DNA from: Anaerolineales bacterium | Lineage (GTDB): Bacteria; Chloroflexota; Anaerolineae; Anaerolineales; UBA11579 | Direction of reading: 5' to 3' | Length of the DNA stretch: 64,000 nt | NCBI GenBank assembly: GCA_963676155.2 | Contig: CAXXOS010000003.1 | Location: 18,414-82,413 of the forward strand | Shown: one piece after another, positions 27,600-37,125 of the stretch | How the letters are laid out: each line of letters opens with the position of its first letter | Numbering within the stretch: the first letter of the stretch is position 1 | The notes under the pieces: generated by a model | Told to the model about the DNA's origin: nothing | Databases searched by the model: none | Seen by the model: the letters and a program-made list of their open reading frames with translations, nothing else | Made by a program: the position numbers and the translations under genes

Positions 27600-27779
27600 A
27601 AATGTTGCCTCTCGTTTTTATTTTTGCCTCTGAGAGACGATGACTGAGTTAGTAGTATAAATTATACACATTGTATCATAATTATCAAGAGATAAAATAT
27701 TAGAAAATGCGTATAGCCTGCCTTTTTGACAACAAGAATCGTTTATAATCATTTGCATAAATAATGAGGTGCGCGACGA

Positions 27780-28382
27780 ATGCAAAAAACAAAGATCCTT
27801 TTAGCAACCAATAATCAAGGGAAAATGCAGGAATTTAAAAAGATTTATGCAGATTTCCCCCAAATAGAGTTTTTAACCCCCAGTGAGATGGGGATTGAAT
27901 TAGAGGTTGCTGAAACTGGCTCAACCTATGAAGAGAATGCCAAATTGAAAGCGCTTGCTTTTGCCAAGGCTTCAGGCATGCTCTGTATAGCTGATGATAG
28001 TGGACTTGAGGTGGATGCACTTGATGGCGCTCCTGGGGTTTTTTCTGCTCGATTTTCACCTTTACCAAACGCTACAGATGCTGATCGCAGAGAACATTTA
28101 ATCGCAGCCATAGGGAGAACTCCTCAACCATGGACAGCACGCTTTCAATGTACGCTGGTGATTGCCAATCAGATAGGAATACTTGGGGTTTATCAAGGAA
28201 CTTGTGAAGGGCAAATACTTGCTGAAGATAGGGGCGCACATGGATTTGGATATGATCCCTGTTTTATGGTTGATGGGTATGACAAAACCATGGCAGAGAT
28301 TCCAAGCGAATTAAAAAATCAGATAAGCCATCGCGCACGAGCTGCGCAAAAAACATTTTCCTTTTTTGAGACTTTAATCTAG
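27780..28382 (+). CDS. rdgB: dITP/XTP pyrophosphatase (non-canonical purine NTPase, Ham1/RdgB)
   Basis: Motifs ATNNQGKMQEF, DDSGLEVDALDGAPGVFSARF, GFGYDPCF and SHRARA. Confidence 0.9.
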   Translation: MQKTKILLATNNQGKMQEFKKIYADFPQIEFLTPSEMGIELEVAETGSTYEENAKLKALAFAKASGMLCIADDSGLEVDALDGAPGVFSARFSPLPNATDADRREHLIAAIGRTPQPWTARFQCTLVIANQIGILGVYQGTCEGQILAEDRGAHGFGYDPCFMVDGYDKTMAEIPSELKNQISHRARAAQKTFSFFETLI

Positions 28383-29351
28383 CGCATAAAAATTTTTATA
28401 AAGTGCAAGGTCATTGGAAGTTTCCAATACGGTTTTGATTCTTGATTGCGTGGGCAGATAATCCCTGCCACCATTGCCTGCCAACACAACATGAGCGGCA
28501 GCATTGCCAATTTTGGCGGCTTCGGTTAGGGAAAAACCTCGCAAATGAGCACATAAGAACCCAGCGCAAAACGCATCCCCAGCACCAACAGCATTTTTTA
28601 TATGAGTTTGTGGATAGGCAGGAATAATTTTTATACCTTCTGCTTCATTTTGATCCGTAAAGCTACATCCATCCTCATCCAATTTTAAAATAGGATACAC
28701 AATTTGTTTCTCTTTGAGTATATAAAGTTGCTCTGAGAGTTTTTGTGTTTGGGTGATTTGATACGCTTCACTTCGATTTGGAAAAAGATAAGTCAATTTT
28801 TTTAAAATACCAGAAAACGCGGTTGAATTCAGATGGCTACTTAAGTAGGAAGGGTCAATTGAAAGTGGAATTGATTGTTTATTCGCAGCGTCTATCAATT
28901 TTAAAGCAGTTTCTTTTGAGTGTTGATCTTGCAAACAATAGCCACTAATATGGATTGCATCAAACTCCTTCACAAGTGTTTGAAAATCTGCCTCATACCG
29001 ATATTCAGCATTAACACCACGGTAGGAGAGCATGGTTCGTTCGCCCGATTTGTTAATCATTGCGAGGATCATTGAGCTTTTACCTAGTTTTTCTTGCACC
29101 AGATCAGTCCTCACATTATTTTTTTTAAGGTCTTGGATCAAAAGCTCACTATAAAGATCATTCCCAACAAATCCCATATAAAACGCTTCAGCACCGAGGC
29201 TAGCAGCGACAGATGCACTGTTTGCAGATGAGCCCCCAAATTGTAGATCAAGATCTTTAATACTCGCATCGTGCCCATCATCAGGCATTGCTTCCGTTTC
29301 GATCACCAGATCCATGGCGATATCCCCATAAAATAAAATTTTAACCGTCAT
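28374..29351 (-). CDS. PfkB-family carbohydrate/nucleoside kinase
   Basis: 325 aa with GGSSANSA and the C-terminal NAVGAGDAFCAGFL PfkB signature. Its 3' end overlaps the rdgB 3' end by 9 nt (convergent). Confidence 0.8.
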   Translation of the reverse strand: MTVKILFYGDIAMDLVIETEAMPDDGHDASIKDLDLQFGGSSANSASVAASLGAEAFYMGFVGNDLYSELLIQDLKKNNVRTDLVQEKLGKSSMILAMINKSGERTMLSYRGVNAEYRYEADFQTLVKEFDAIHISGYCLQDQHSKETALKLIDAANKQSIPLSIDPSYLSSHLNSTAFSGILKKLTYLFPNRSEAYQITQTQKLSEQLYILKEKQIVYPILKLDEDGCSFTDQNEAEGIKIIPAYPQTHIKNAVGAGDAFCAGFLCAHLRGFSLTEAAKIGNAAAHVVLAGNGGRDYLPTQSRIKTVLETSNDLALYKNFYALD

Positions 29352-29473
29352 TTTTGCTCCACTAGAATTGATATTTTAATGCGATAAATAAATTCTCTAT
29401 CCAAAGCGGCCAAATGTCCGCTATAATGAATAAAAGTTACTCTTTGATTATACGGAAATTGTTTGGAGTGAAT

Positions 29474-31243
29474 ATGGGAAAAGTAACCCTAATTTCTGAT
29501 TTTGTATATGGTTCAATTGAGATATCAGATTTTGAGAAATTCGTCCTTTCTACGCGTATCTTTAATCGCCTACATAACGTTTTGCAAACTTCCACCGCTT
29601 ATCTCACCTTTCCTACCTTGCGTACCACTCGTTTTTCGCATTCAATCGGTGCAATGCATTTGGCAGGTAGCATTTTTGCAAATTCTTTTCAAAATGCAAA
29701 TTTCCATGATAAAGAACAATTTTTGCTCAATATCAAAACAGAAGTGGATCTATTGCTTAGAGAAATTGGTGAAGATCCTACCCAAAACTTTAATTATCCT
29801 TGGCAAAAAATATCTTGTGAATTTTTACAGAACAACCTTCCAAACGGACCAATTTTTCAACAAAATAATGCTTTTCTCTACGCCTATATGGTAGCCTTTC
29901 AGGCAATTCGTATTAGTGCTTTGAATCATGACATTGGTCATCCACCTTTTTCGCATGTTGTAGAACGTTTTTATCAACAACTTCGAGAAGAGTATCAAGA
30001 AGAAACAATGTCAGGGAAGCAGATTCATCGGATTTTTAAAAAGTTTGATGATGAAAAACCACTCCATGAACAATTAGGTGAATTTTTGACAAGTGCAATG
30101 TTTGAGGAAATCTTTACAGAATATGCTTTGCATGCTCTCAAAAATGATGTTGTGTTTATCAAGGTGGTCTCTAAATTTGCCCAAAAGATCACTAACGCAG
30201 GTGCACAATCCAATCCCATATACCCAACCTTACACACCATCATCGCCAGTGATTTGGATGCTGACCGAATGGATTATGTTAGTCGAGATTATTTTATCAG
30301 TGGTTTGGTGGGGAGCCCTATTCGCTATGACCGTTTGATTTCATCGTATTCATTGAAGTGCAAAGAAGGATTTTCAGGTTTCTATCCATCTGTGCGCGCT
30401 TTGAACACACTCGAAAATTATTTTCAATCTCGTTTCAATTTATATAAACATGCACTTTATCATCATCGTGTGGCCAAAACAGATGCTTTGTTAGAATATT
30501 GCCTCACTGTGATTGTGAAAAGATGGGTTCAACTCCAAACTAGCCTTTCTCAAGATCCACAAGACCGATATCTTAAAGTGGATGTGGAAAATTTATGGAA
30601 AGTTTTGGCATATGATGAAACTGTGGATTCTTTGGATGTGTTTATTGATCGCTTATCTCAATGGGATGATGCATGGGTTCTTTCTCTTCTACGAAAAGAA
30701 TATTTTGGATTAATTCAAAAACAACACCAAGATCAATTATCTTCAGATGAAAAAATTCTCGTCAAACGGCTAGCGGAATTATTATCAAATCACAAAAACT
30801 ATTACTCATTATATAAACGGTTAGATTCGATGATGGATTTTGAAGAAGCTGTTTGCGAAACCTATCATTCAGAATGCTCTACGAAAGTGGATAAATTGGA
30901 TGAACTACGGGAGCCTGAAATGGTTGAAAAAATCATCACACTGTTGAAATCTCCTCAAGTTCAGCAAGAAATCACGCAAAAAACTGATGTTCTTGATTGT
31001 ATGATTGTTGAGAAAAAATTGAACGCTGGAATTTCAGGCGATAATCCGTTTTTGTTGGTAAAAGATGATAGTTTGGTGGCTTTAGATCGCATTTCATCCA
31101 TTCGGAGTGAGTTAAACGAATCAATCAAATTAATGCCACAATATTATATATTTGTGCTTTTCAAACAAGGAGTACAGGCTCCAGAATCTATGAAAGAGTT
31201 GCGCACACAAATTGGGAATATCGTTGGAAAATACTTAAAATAA
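29474..31243 (+). CDS. HD-domain phosphohydrolase, SAMHD1/COG1078-like putative dNTP triphosphohydrolase
   Basis: Motifs RFSHSIGAMHLA, NHDIGHPPFSH and DADRMDYVSRD. The ATG at 29474 follows GGAG. The track start at 29414 overlaps a TATAAT box at 29422-29427. Confidence 0.75.
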   Translation: MGKVTLISDFVYGSIEISDFEKFVLSTRIFNRLHNVLQTSTAYLTFPTLRTTRFSHSIGAMHLAGSIFANSFQNANFHDKEQFLLNIKTEVDLLLREIGEDPTQNFNYPWQKISCEFLQNNLPNGPIFQQNNAFLYAYMVAFQAIRISALNHDIGHPPFSHVVERFYQQLREEYQEETMSGKQIHRIFKKFDDEKPLHEQLGEFLTSAMFEEIFTEYALHALKNDVVFIKVVSKFAQKITNAGAQSNPIYPTLHTIIASDLDADRMDYVSRDYFISGLVGSPIRYDRLISSYSLKCKEGFSGFYPSVRALNTLENYFQSRFNLYKHALYHHRVAKTDALLEYCLTVIVKRWVQLQTSLSQDPQDRYLKVDVENLWKVLAYDETVDSLDVFIDRLSQWDDAWVLSLLRKEYFGLIQKQHQDQLSSDEKILVKRLAELLSNHKNYYSLYKRLDSMMDFEEAVCETYHSECSTKVDKLDELREPEMVEKIITLLKSPQVQQEITQKTDVLDCMIVEKKLNAGISGDNPFLLVKDDSLVALDRISSIRSELNESIKLMPQYYIFVLFKQGVQAPESMKELRTQIGNIVGKYLK

Positions 31244-31267
31244 AAAAACTGGCATTTGCCAGTTTTT
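31244..31267. terminator. Intrinsic terminator
   Basis: AAAAACTGGC-attt-GCCAGTTTTT directly after the stop codon. Confidence 0.75.
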
Positions 31268-31274
31268 GTTTTAG

Positions 31275-31347
31275 CACCCTCGATGCGGGTCGAACGCATA
31301 ACCTACGGCTTAGAAGGCCGGTGCTCTATCCATTGAGCTACGAGGGC
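31275..31347 (-). tRNA. tRNA-Arg (anticodon TCT)
   Basis: - The reverse complement is GCCCTCGTAGCTCAATGGATAGAGCACCGGCCTTCTAAGCCGTAGGTTATGCGTTCGACCCGCATCGAGGGTG and folds as a 73-nt cloverleaf.
- Acceptor stem is 7 bp with G1-U72. The D-arm is GCTC/GAGC.
- The anticodon loop is CT-TCT-AA.
- The T-arm is ATGCG-TTCGACC-CGCAT.
- CCA is not encoded.
- An extended -10 (TGATATAAT) lies 14 nt upstream. Confidence 0.9.
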
Positions 31348-31420
31348 GTTTTGCGTACGAGATTATATCATAAGATATTCGATTAATCTATTTTCAATTC
31401 AAAATAAAAAAATATTTATT

Positions 31421-32239
31421 CTAGCTTTTAATCACTTGATAAATCACCCAATCAACTAAGCGTTTAGGGATCAAATTCAAAAATAGCGGCATAATCTTTG
31501 CATCATATGTGGAGCGGTAGATTAACCGTGGAGAAGGGGAGGTGATTGCTTTGACCATTGCTCTGACAGTGCTTTTGGGAGAAGAGCTAAATTTCATAGC
31601 TTTATTCAAGAAATTGAATATTTTTTCTAATATGACACCATATGCATCGCTTGAGGAGATATGTCCATCATTCATTGCGACGGAATAGAAAGCTGTGTTT
31701 ACAATCCCCGGCTCAATCATGGCAACTTGAATGCCATAAGGACGCACTTCTTGGCGCAAAGAGGTGCCTAATGCGTTTAAAGCATGTTTGGTGCTTGCAT
31801 ACCAGCCAATCCCAGCGGTTGAGAAATTACTCACCATAGAATTGGTCATCACAATTCTTCCAGATTGTTGATTACGCATATAAGGCAAAACAGCTTTGAA
31901 CAAGCGGACCATTCCCAATACATTTACATCAAATTGATATTCCGCATCTTTTAGAGACACATCTTCTATGGAACCATATTGCCCAAAACCAGCATTAGAG
32001 AGCAAGGCATCGATTCTGCCTTCAGATGCGATGATTTCTGCCACACCTGCGTTGACTTCATCTGAATTTGTGACATCCATTCGAATTGCGCGAGCACCTA
32101 GCTTAACCAATGGCTCCATTTTTTCCACTCGTCTTGCTGCCACGTAGACAATATAGTCATCTCGTTTAAGCATTTCTTCTGCTACCCCATATCCAAAACC
32201 AGAACTAGCACCTGTAATTAATAAAACTTTTTGAGCCAT
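31421..32239 (-). CDS. Short-chain dehydrogenase/reductase (SDR)
   Basis: TGASSGFG cofactor motif and the YASTKHAL (YxxxK) catalytic motif. Confidence 0.85.
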   Translation of the reverse strand: MAQKVLLITGASSGFGYGVAEEMLKRDDYIVYVAARRVEKMEPLVKLGARAIRMDVTNSDEVNAGVAEIIASEGRIDALLSNAGFGQYGSIEDVSLKDAEYQFDVNVLGMVRLFKAVLPYMRNQQSGRIVMTNSMVSNFSTAGIGWYASTKHALNALGTSLRQEVRPYGIQVAMIEPGIVNTAFYSVAMNDGHISSSDAYGVILEKIFNFLNKAMKFSSSPKSTVRAMVKAITSPSPRLIYRSTYDAKIMPLFLNLIPKRLVDWVIYQVIKS

Positions 32240-32296
32240 ATAAACCCTCCGCTTTTTGCAGATTCAAAATTGATAAAGATACACAAGCTCATTATA

Positions 32297-32313
32297 AGTA
32301 ACAACATGTTACT
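32297..32313. promoter_or_regulatory. Palindromic operator candidate between the divergent SDR and TetR genes
   Basis: AGTAACA-aca-TGTTACT, with perfect 7-bp arms, in the 108-bp divergent intergenic region. Confidence 0.55.
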
Positions 32314-32347
32314 AGTCAAGTAATGGAGAATATGATATTATCAGCGC

Positions 32348-33001
32348 ATGAAACCAAAAGAAATGAATTTTCAAAGAGCAAGAAATTTTGAGCAAAAAGA
32401 GATCCGCATGCAACAAATCATGGATGCCACCCTTGAGCTTTATGAAAATCAACCTTATCAAAAGATTTCTCTTTCTACGATTGCAAAAAAATTAAATTTC
32501 ACTAGAGCAAATCTTTATAAATATGTGCGTACAAAAGAAGAAATTTTTTTGTATATCCTGATTAAAGAAGCTGAAAAATTTATCATCGAGCTTAAAAAGA
32601 AGTTTGTTCGCAAAAAAGATTTGAGTGTTGAAGAGTTTGCAAATTTATGGGCAGAATCTTTTGATCAAAACCATCGATTTATTGAATTAATGTCGATTAT
32701 GTATTCGATTATTCAGAAAAATGTTTCTTTGGAATATTTGATTGAGTTTAAAAAGAAATTTTCAATATTTTTAATTGAAGCAAATGAAATCATTCAAGTG
32801 GCCTTGCCAAACCTCTCCAAAGAAGTGATTCAACAATTTCTAACGATGCAAATTTTTTACGCGATGGGGTTGTATCCTGCTTCAAATGAGTCTAAAGTAC
32901 AAAAAGAAGCAATTGAGAAATCTGGCATTCCCTATCAATCCCCTAATTTCAAACAAGAATTCTCAAAATTTATTATCTTAATTATAAAAGGACTGGCATA
33001 A
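32348..33001 (+). CDS. TetR/AcrR-family transcriptional regulator
   Basis: HTH segment YQKISLSTIAKKLNFTRANLYKYVRTKEEIF. It is divergent from the SDR gene. Confidence 0.8.
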   Translation: MKPKEMNFQRARNFEQKEIRMQQIMDATLELYENQPYQKISLSTIAKKLNFTRANLYKYVRTKEEIFLYILIKEAEKFIIELKKKFVRKKDLSVEEFANLWAESFDQNHRFIELMSIMYSIIQKNVSLEYLIEFKKKFSIFLIEANEIIQVALPNLSKEVIQQFLTMQIFYAMGLYPASNESKVQKEAIEKSGIPYQSPNFKQEFSKFIILIIKGLA

Positions 33002-33017
33002 GACAGTCCTTTATTTA

Positions 33018-33452
33018 TTATTCAACTAAGGGGCGAATCCCGCGATAAACACGTGGGCCAGATAACATCCGTAAGATTTGGCGGGGATCCCTTCCTAAGC
33101 GTTCACCGATTTCTTCTGCTGTGAGTGGCTGATTTGCATTGATCAATAAGAGGCGGAAAATTGCTTCAGTAAGTGCGGTATTCTCTGAAAGAAACCCTTC
33201 TTGTTTGGCAGTTTTAGTCATCAACACATGCAACAATCCATCCACTTGAGCCACTTCGGCAGTTCGTGAGTCAACTACATCTATTTGAACATCTTCACCA
33301 ATATTATCTAACGTTTGAATATCTTCTTCGCTTAATAAGCCGCGTAAGATTACTCTATATTCCCGATCATGATTGTTCCACCAATTAAAATCAATATGAT
33401 AAGGGGTTTTTTTAGTTGGTTTTGCAATTGAAAAAGTCACTTTATCATTCAT
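33018..33452 (-). CDS. Hypothetical protein (144 aa)
   Basis: The ATG at 33452 lies 8 nt after GAGGTGA. No family was recognised. The C-terminal LTAEEIGERLGRDPRQILRML segment looks HTH-like. Confidence 0.55.
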   Translation of the reverse strand: MNDKVTFSIAKPTKKTPYHIDFNWWNNHDREYRVILRGLLSEEDIQTLDNIGEDVQIDVVDSRTAEVAQVDGLLHVLMTKTAKQEGFLSENTALTEAIFRLLLINANQPLTAEEIGERLGRDPRQILRMLSGPRVYRGIRPLVE

Positions 33453-33542
33453 AAATACTCTCACCTCTCTTAAGTGTATTAATAGACTCCTTAAGTTAAT
33501 AAGGCTTTTACTTCCATTCTAATTATATAGAAAAAGTTTTGA

Positions 33543-35111
33543 TTAGGCGTCTAAATTTTCATATCGATAATGAAAATCGCCAACATGAACAAATCGTTTG
33601 TCAGTTGCCAAGATTTCCAAAATAGGAGCAGGTGGACAACGTCGAATTGCATTCACCGCAGAATAAATTTCTTCTACGTGCACGTGAAATTGTGGGTTCA
33701 TACGAGCCAAGTCGTTAATAATTTCCGTGATTATATTGACAAGCGGTTTGCGGAGATTGGAACGATTCTTCCAAGATTCATCCAATGCAGAAACATCGCT
33801 AGGCATTGCGATATACATATGCGGGTCATATAAAGTTGAAATGGGTTGCTTCAGATTTGCATATACAATCCCACCATCGGTACCAATCATTGCTGTTCGC
33901 ACCCAATCTTTGGAAGAGTGATGTGGTTCCACACCGACTACAACATCGCCTGGTCGGCTTCCTTTTTGCAAGTGAATTACACTCCCCGGCATGACATTAT
34001 TGGTTTCATACCAATCAGAAAGTCCGGTGACATAACCTTGTGTACGAGCTACCCAGCCTTCAAATTCTTCTCTTGTTTGTTCATCAATAAAAGTGAAGCG
34101 CACTCGCTCAGATTCTAGAGCGGTGGGGAAGATGGTTTTTGTCTTGTTGGTAATTGGCAAAGTGCCACTGCGCCAATGCGGGAATAGCAATGATATGCTT
34201 AATTTTTTGAAGGTTTTATCGTTGAACACATTGGAAAGCTCATCATCAATCTCTGTTTCCAAAGCGACCATTTCTTCTGTCAAAAGGTCACGATTGACTT
34301 CAATTTCATCGTATTGCAAAAAAATGGGTTTGTTCAACACAACATCTGGTTCAAGTCTTTTCAAATACCAAGTCATTTCGCCAGAAGTGCCCACTTCATC
34401 AAAACGGGGGTCATCTTGCATGGCAAGGTCAAGGGAAAATTCTGCTAATTTTGGATTGTCTTCACTGGAGAATCCAATTTGTTCTAAAATATCTTTGGTG
34501 TACATCGGGCCGCCACCATTCATATCAAGAACGGCTTCTGCCAAATTGAGCAAACCAATATTGACATCAATTAACAAAGCGGAAGGGAACCATTTCCCAC
34601 CGATATAGGTAAAATCATCATTTTCATTCAAAGAGTTGATCAAAATATTAATGCTATGTTGACCAAATTCGTTCAAAAGTTTTGAGAGCGCACTTGCGTC
34701 ATCTTCCAAAGTAGCTTTGGATGCTTCATTGAGAATATGTTCTTCTAAACCAGCGGCGAATTCTTTTTCTTCACCATCCACAATCACAGTGATTACTTTA
34801 AATTCAAGATCAAAAGAATTTGCGTCGCGTACTTTTGTGACTGTACCAACATGGTTTTCTAATTGAGGGAAGATGATTGTGTCCCCAACCTTATATTCAT
34901 TTTTCGGTAGATAAGGGGCGCCATGTTCTTCTTCTTGTTCTTTGGCATGAATTTTTTCTTTTTCAATTCTATCGGCCAAAATAATCCCCAACAATTCAGC
35001 TGGGGTTTGAGGTATTTCAACATTAAGTAAGTGGGAATAGATAATTTCAATATCTTCATTCGTAATTTGGAAGTTTTTCCAATAAGAGTCGTTCATCATT
35101 ATCGATAGCAT
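33543..35111 (-). CDS. Hypothetical protein (522 aa), acidic and soluble
   Basis: AGGA RBS 7 nt upstream. No catalytic motif was recognised. The C-terminal 60 aa (VEEIYSAVNAIRRCPPAPILEILATDKRFVHVGDFHY) resembles a HARE-HTH/winged-helix ending. Confidence 0.6.
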   Translation of the reverse strand: MLSIMMNDSYWKNFQITNEDIEIIYSHLLNVEIPQTPAELLGIILADRIEKEKIHAKEQEEEHGAPYLPKNEYKVGDTIIFPQLENHVGTVTKVRDANSFDLEFKVITVIVDGEEKEFAAGLEEHILNEASKATLEDDASALSKLLNEFGQHSINILINSLNENDDFTYIGGKWFPSALLIDVNIGLLNLAEAVLDMNGGGPMYTKDILEQIGFSSEDNPKLAEFSLDLAMQDDPRFDEVGTSGEMTWYLKRLEPDVVLNKPIFLQYDEIEVNRDLLTEEMVALETEIDDELSNVFNDKTFKKLSISLLFPHWRSGTLPITNKTKTIFPTALESERVRFTFIDEQTREEFEGWVARTQGYVTGLSDWYETNNVMPGSVIHLQKGSRPGDVVVGVEPHHSSKDWVRTAMIGTDGGIVYANLKQPISTLYDPHMYIAMPSDVSALDESWKNRSNLRKPLVNIITEIINDLARMNPQFHVHVEEIYSAVNAIRRCPPAPILEILATDKRFVHVGDFHYRYENLDA

Positions 35112-35226
35112 AGTATGTCCTTTTTGAGTGCACTAGAATTCTGCGGTTATGCACACACATCAAATCTATTATACCCTATATTTTTGAAAGGCTCTATTCT
35201 TGAATAAAATGAGCTAAAAATGGAAT

Positions 35227-36180
35227 TTATTCTACGGGGGGACTGATTACCATAAACCAGTTATTGACTTCATCGGCAACTTTAAGAGGATAGCCGGTTC
35301 TTTTTTCTGGGTTTTTCCATGCATCTAAAAAGTTTTCTTTTAATACCCAATGATAGGTTGGATTATTATAGATGTTTGGATTTAAGATCTCGGCAACTGC
35401 CACTTTTCTATCATTTTTAAACCCAAGAACTCTGGTGAAATGTGCGATTGGCAAGTCAGGATATGCAGGTTGAGGAGATTCGTTTTGGAAATATGTGCCA
35501 GAAGTGGTTTTGTCGGTGAGAATCAAGACATCAACAATCACTTGCCAGTTCATCAATCGGAAATCGTTCATCATTTGCCATGCTTCTTCTTCATTCACAG
35601 GTTGATAACATTGCACCGCACCATCTGCGCCAAAAGCATTTCCATCCACTGCATCTCCCACTGCTTTGCATAAGTCGGTGGGTTGGATGCCAATCAAAGG
35701 ATTATAGTTGTTACCTGTATAGGCTGTTAGTGCAGGAATGCAACTTGCAAAATCAGCATTGGGGTATCCAAGGTCTTGCAGTGCAGCACACACAGAGATT
35801 AAACCGCAAGCTTGAGTGCCCACGCCATAATTAAAAAAGCGGATATCAAATTGATTGGCAACAGTGAAATCTGAGGGTATTTTTGCCCAAGCAGGAGTGG
35901 GGGTGAATGTTTGCGTTGGGATTGGTGTTGCACTAGGCTGAGTTGTTTGGGTTAGTGTGGGAGTTAAGGTAGCGGTTTCAGTAGGAAGAGGAGTCGGAGT
36001 GATGGTCGCTGTTAAAGTTGGTGTAAGGCTAGCGGTAGCTGTGGGAATTTGTGTGGGTGTGGCTGATTTTGTAGGATAGGCAACCACAATTTTGAAAGAT
36101 GAACATGAAGAAAAAATCAATCCTGAGATCAATATATTAAAAACGAAAAATAAAAGCAATAATATGGATTGTTTTTTCAT
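35227..36180 (-). CDS. Secreted C39-like (Peptidase_C39_2-type) cysteine peptidase-domain protein with a Thr/Pro-rich linker
   Basis: It has a signal peptide and a roughly 60-aa TPT/TAT linker. The TQACGLISVCAALQDLGY segment matches the nCGptS..m.L...G nucleophile block, and there is a later AHFTRVLGF His block. Confidence 0.55.
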   Translation of the reverse strand: MKKQSILLLLFFVFNILISGLIFSSCSSFKIVVAYPTKSATPTQIPTATASLTPTLTATITPTPLPTETATLTPTLTQTTQPSATPIPTQTFTPTPAWAKIPSDFTVANQFDIRFFNYGVGTQACGLISVCAALQDLGYPNADFASCIPALTAYTGNNYNPLIGIQPTDLCKAVGDAVDGNAFGADGAVQCYQPVNEEEAWQMMNDFRLMNWQVIVDVLILTDKTTSGTYFQNESPQPAYPDLPIAHFTRVLGFKNDRKVAVAEILNPNIYNNPTYHWVLKENFLDAWKNPEKRTGYPLKVADEVNNWFMVISPPVE

Positions 36181-37046
36181 TTATTTAAACTTTCTTCAAG
36201 TTGAGAATTTTTCCAGTGATAGATACAAAACCCGCGACGTGTGAAGCTTCGTCTTGTTTCCACTTCAAATCCCATTTTTTCAACCTCTTCTATGCAAGAT
36301 GCATACCACTGTTGGAAGCCATGTTCTCGGATATGGATTGTTGATTGAGCTGCTTTGCTCCATGATTGGATGAACTCAAAAATTGGATGCCCAGATTGCA
36401 TATGGTGAATCAAATTTTTGGGCAAGAAAGGTTGAAAATCTTGAGGATTAAACCCATCTCGAAAATTAGTGCTAAAAACTAAACCTTCATAGTGAAGAAA
36501 ATCATTTTGTTTACGAATCAAATTTGCCACCCAAAAACGACCTGTTGGATTGGATGTTCCTTCAATTAACAATCCCCCATTGATCATTCCTTCTGTAAGT
36601 GTTTTGATATGTGTTTCAAATTCATCTTCCTCGTATTGTCTTAAGACATTGAAGGAACGAATGTAGCGTGCTTTCTCGTTTGAAAGATATGGGATATCAA
36701 ATCCTCCTAAACGAAAATCAATTGTAGGAGAAAGAAAAGGAGTTCCTGTTTCCACACGTTCTGGGGAGATTTCGACCCCTACGATTTTGAGATTGGGATT
36801 AATCTGATGAAATTGTCTGGCGCTTTCCAATGTTGTCACCGGCGACCAACCATATCCATGGTCTACGTAGATTGATTTGATTGAACCGCTATCCTGACGT
36901 TGGATTAACATAGAATCATATTGCAATATAAATTGATCTACTCGACGGAGACGATTGTGGGCTGTTTTGCCACGGGTAATCTGCCCTTGATGTGTTTTTG
37001 AAGGAATAACATCTTTATTCATAAGTCTTATTGTACTAAAACACAC
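36177..37046 (-). CDS. Class I SAM-dependent methyltransferase-like protein
   Basis: Motif I-like VDHGYGWSP, post-I IVGVEISPERV, then FNVLRQY and GGLLIEGTSNP. Its stop overlaps the start of the downstream peptidase gene (ATGA). An alternative start is the ATG at 37022. Confidence 0.55.
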   Translation of the reverse strand: MCFSTIRLMNKDVIPSKTHQGQITRGKTAHNRLRRVDQFILQYDSMLIQRQDSGSIKSIYVDHGYGWSPVTTLESARQFHQINPNLKIVGVEISPERVETGTPFLSPTIDFRLGGFDIPYLSNEKARYIRSFNVLRQYEEDEFETHIKTLTEGMINGGLLIEGTSNPTGRFWVANLIRKQNDFLHYEGLVFSTNFRDGFNPQDFQPFLPKNLIHHMQSGHPIFEFIQSWSKAAQSTIHIREHGFQQWYASCIEEVEKMGFEVETRRSFTRRGFCIYHWKNSQLEESLNK

Positions 37047-37070
37047 TATGATGGGTAGTCAATTTAATCA

Positions 37071-37102
37071 AAAAAAGCTCATGTGAATTCATGAGCTTTT
37101 TT
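37071..37102 (-). terminator. Intrinsic terminator of the MFS gene
   Basis: A6, then GCTCATG-tgaatt-CATGAGC, then T6. It is symmetrical and works on both strands. Confidence 0.8.
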
Positions 37103-37125
37103 ATAGTTATAGTAATATCAAGACA

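Noticed and set aside
28374-28382. 9-nt convergent overlap of the rdgB and PfkB-kinase 3' ends as a regulatory feature.
   Set aside because: Short convergent overlaps are common in compact genomes. No associated structure was seen.
31244-31420. tRNA-Arg as the attachment site of an integrated element.
   Set aside because: I found no integrase, no direct repeat of the tRNA 3' end, and the flanking genes (HD hydrolase, SDR) have core-like composition.
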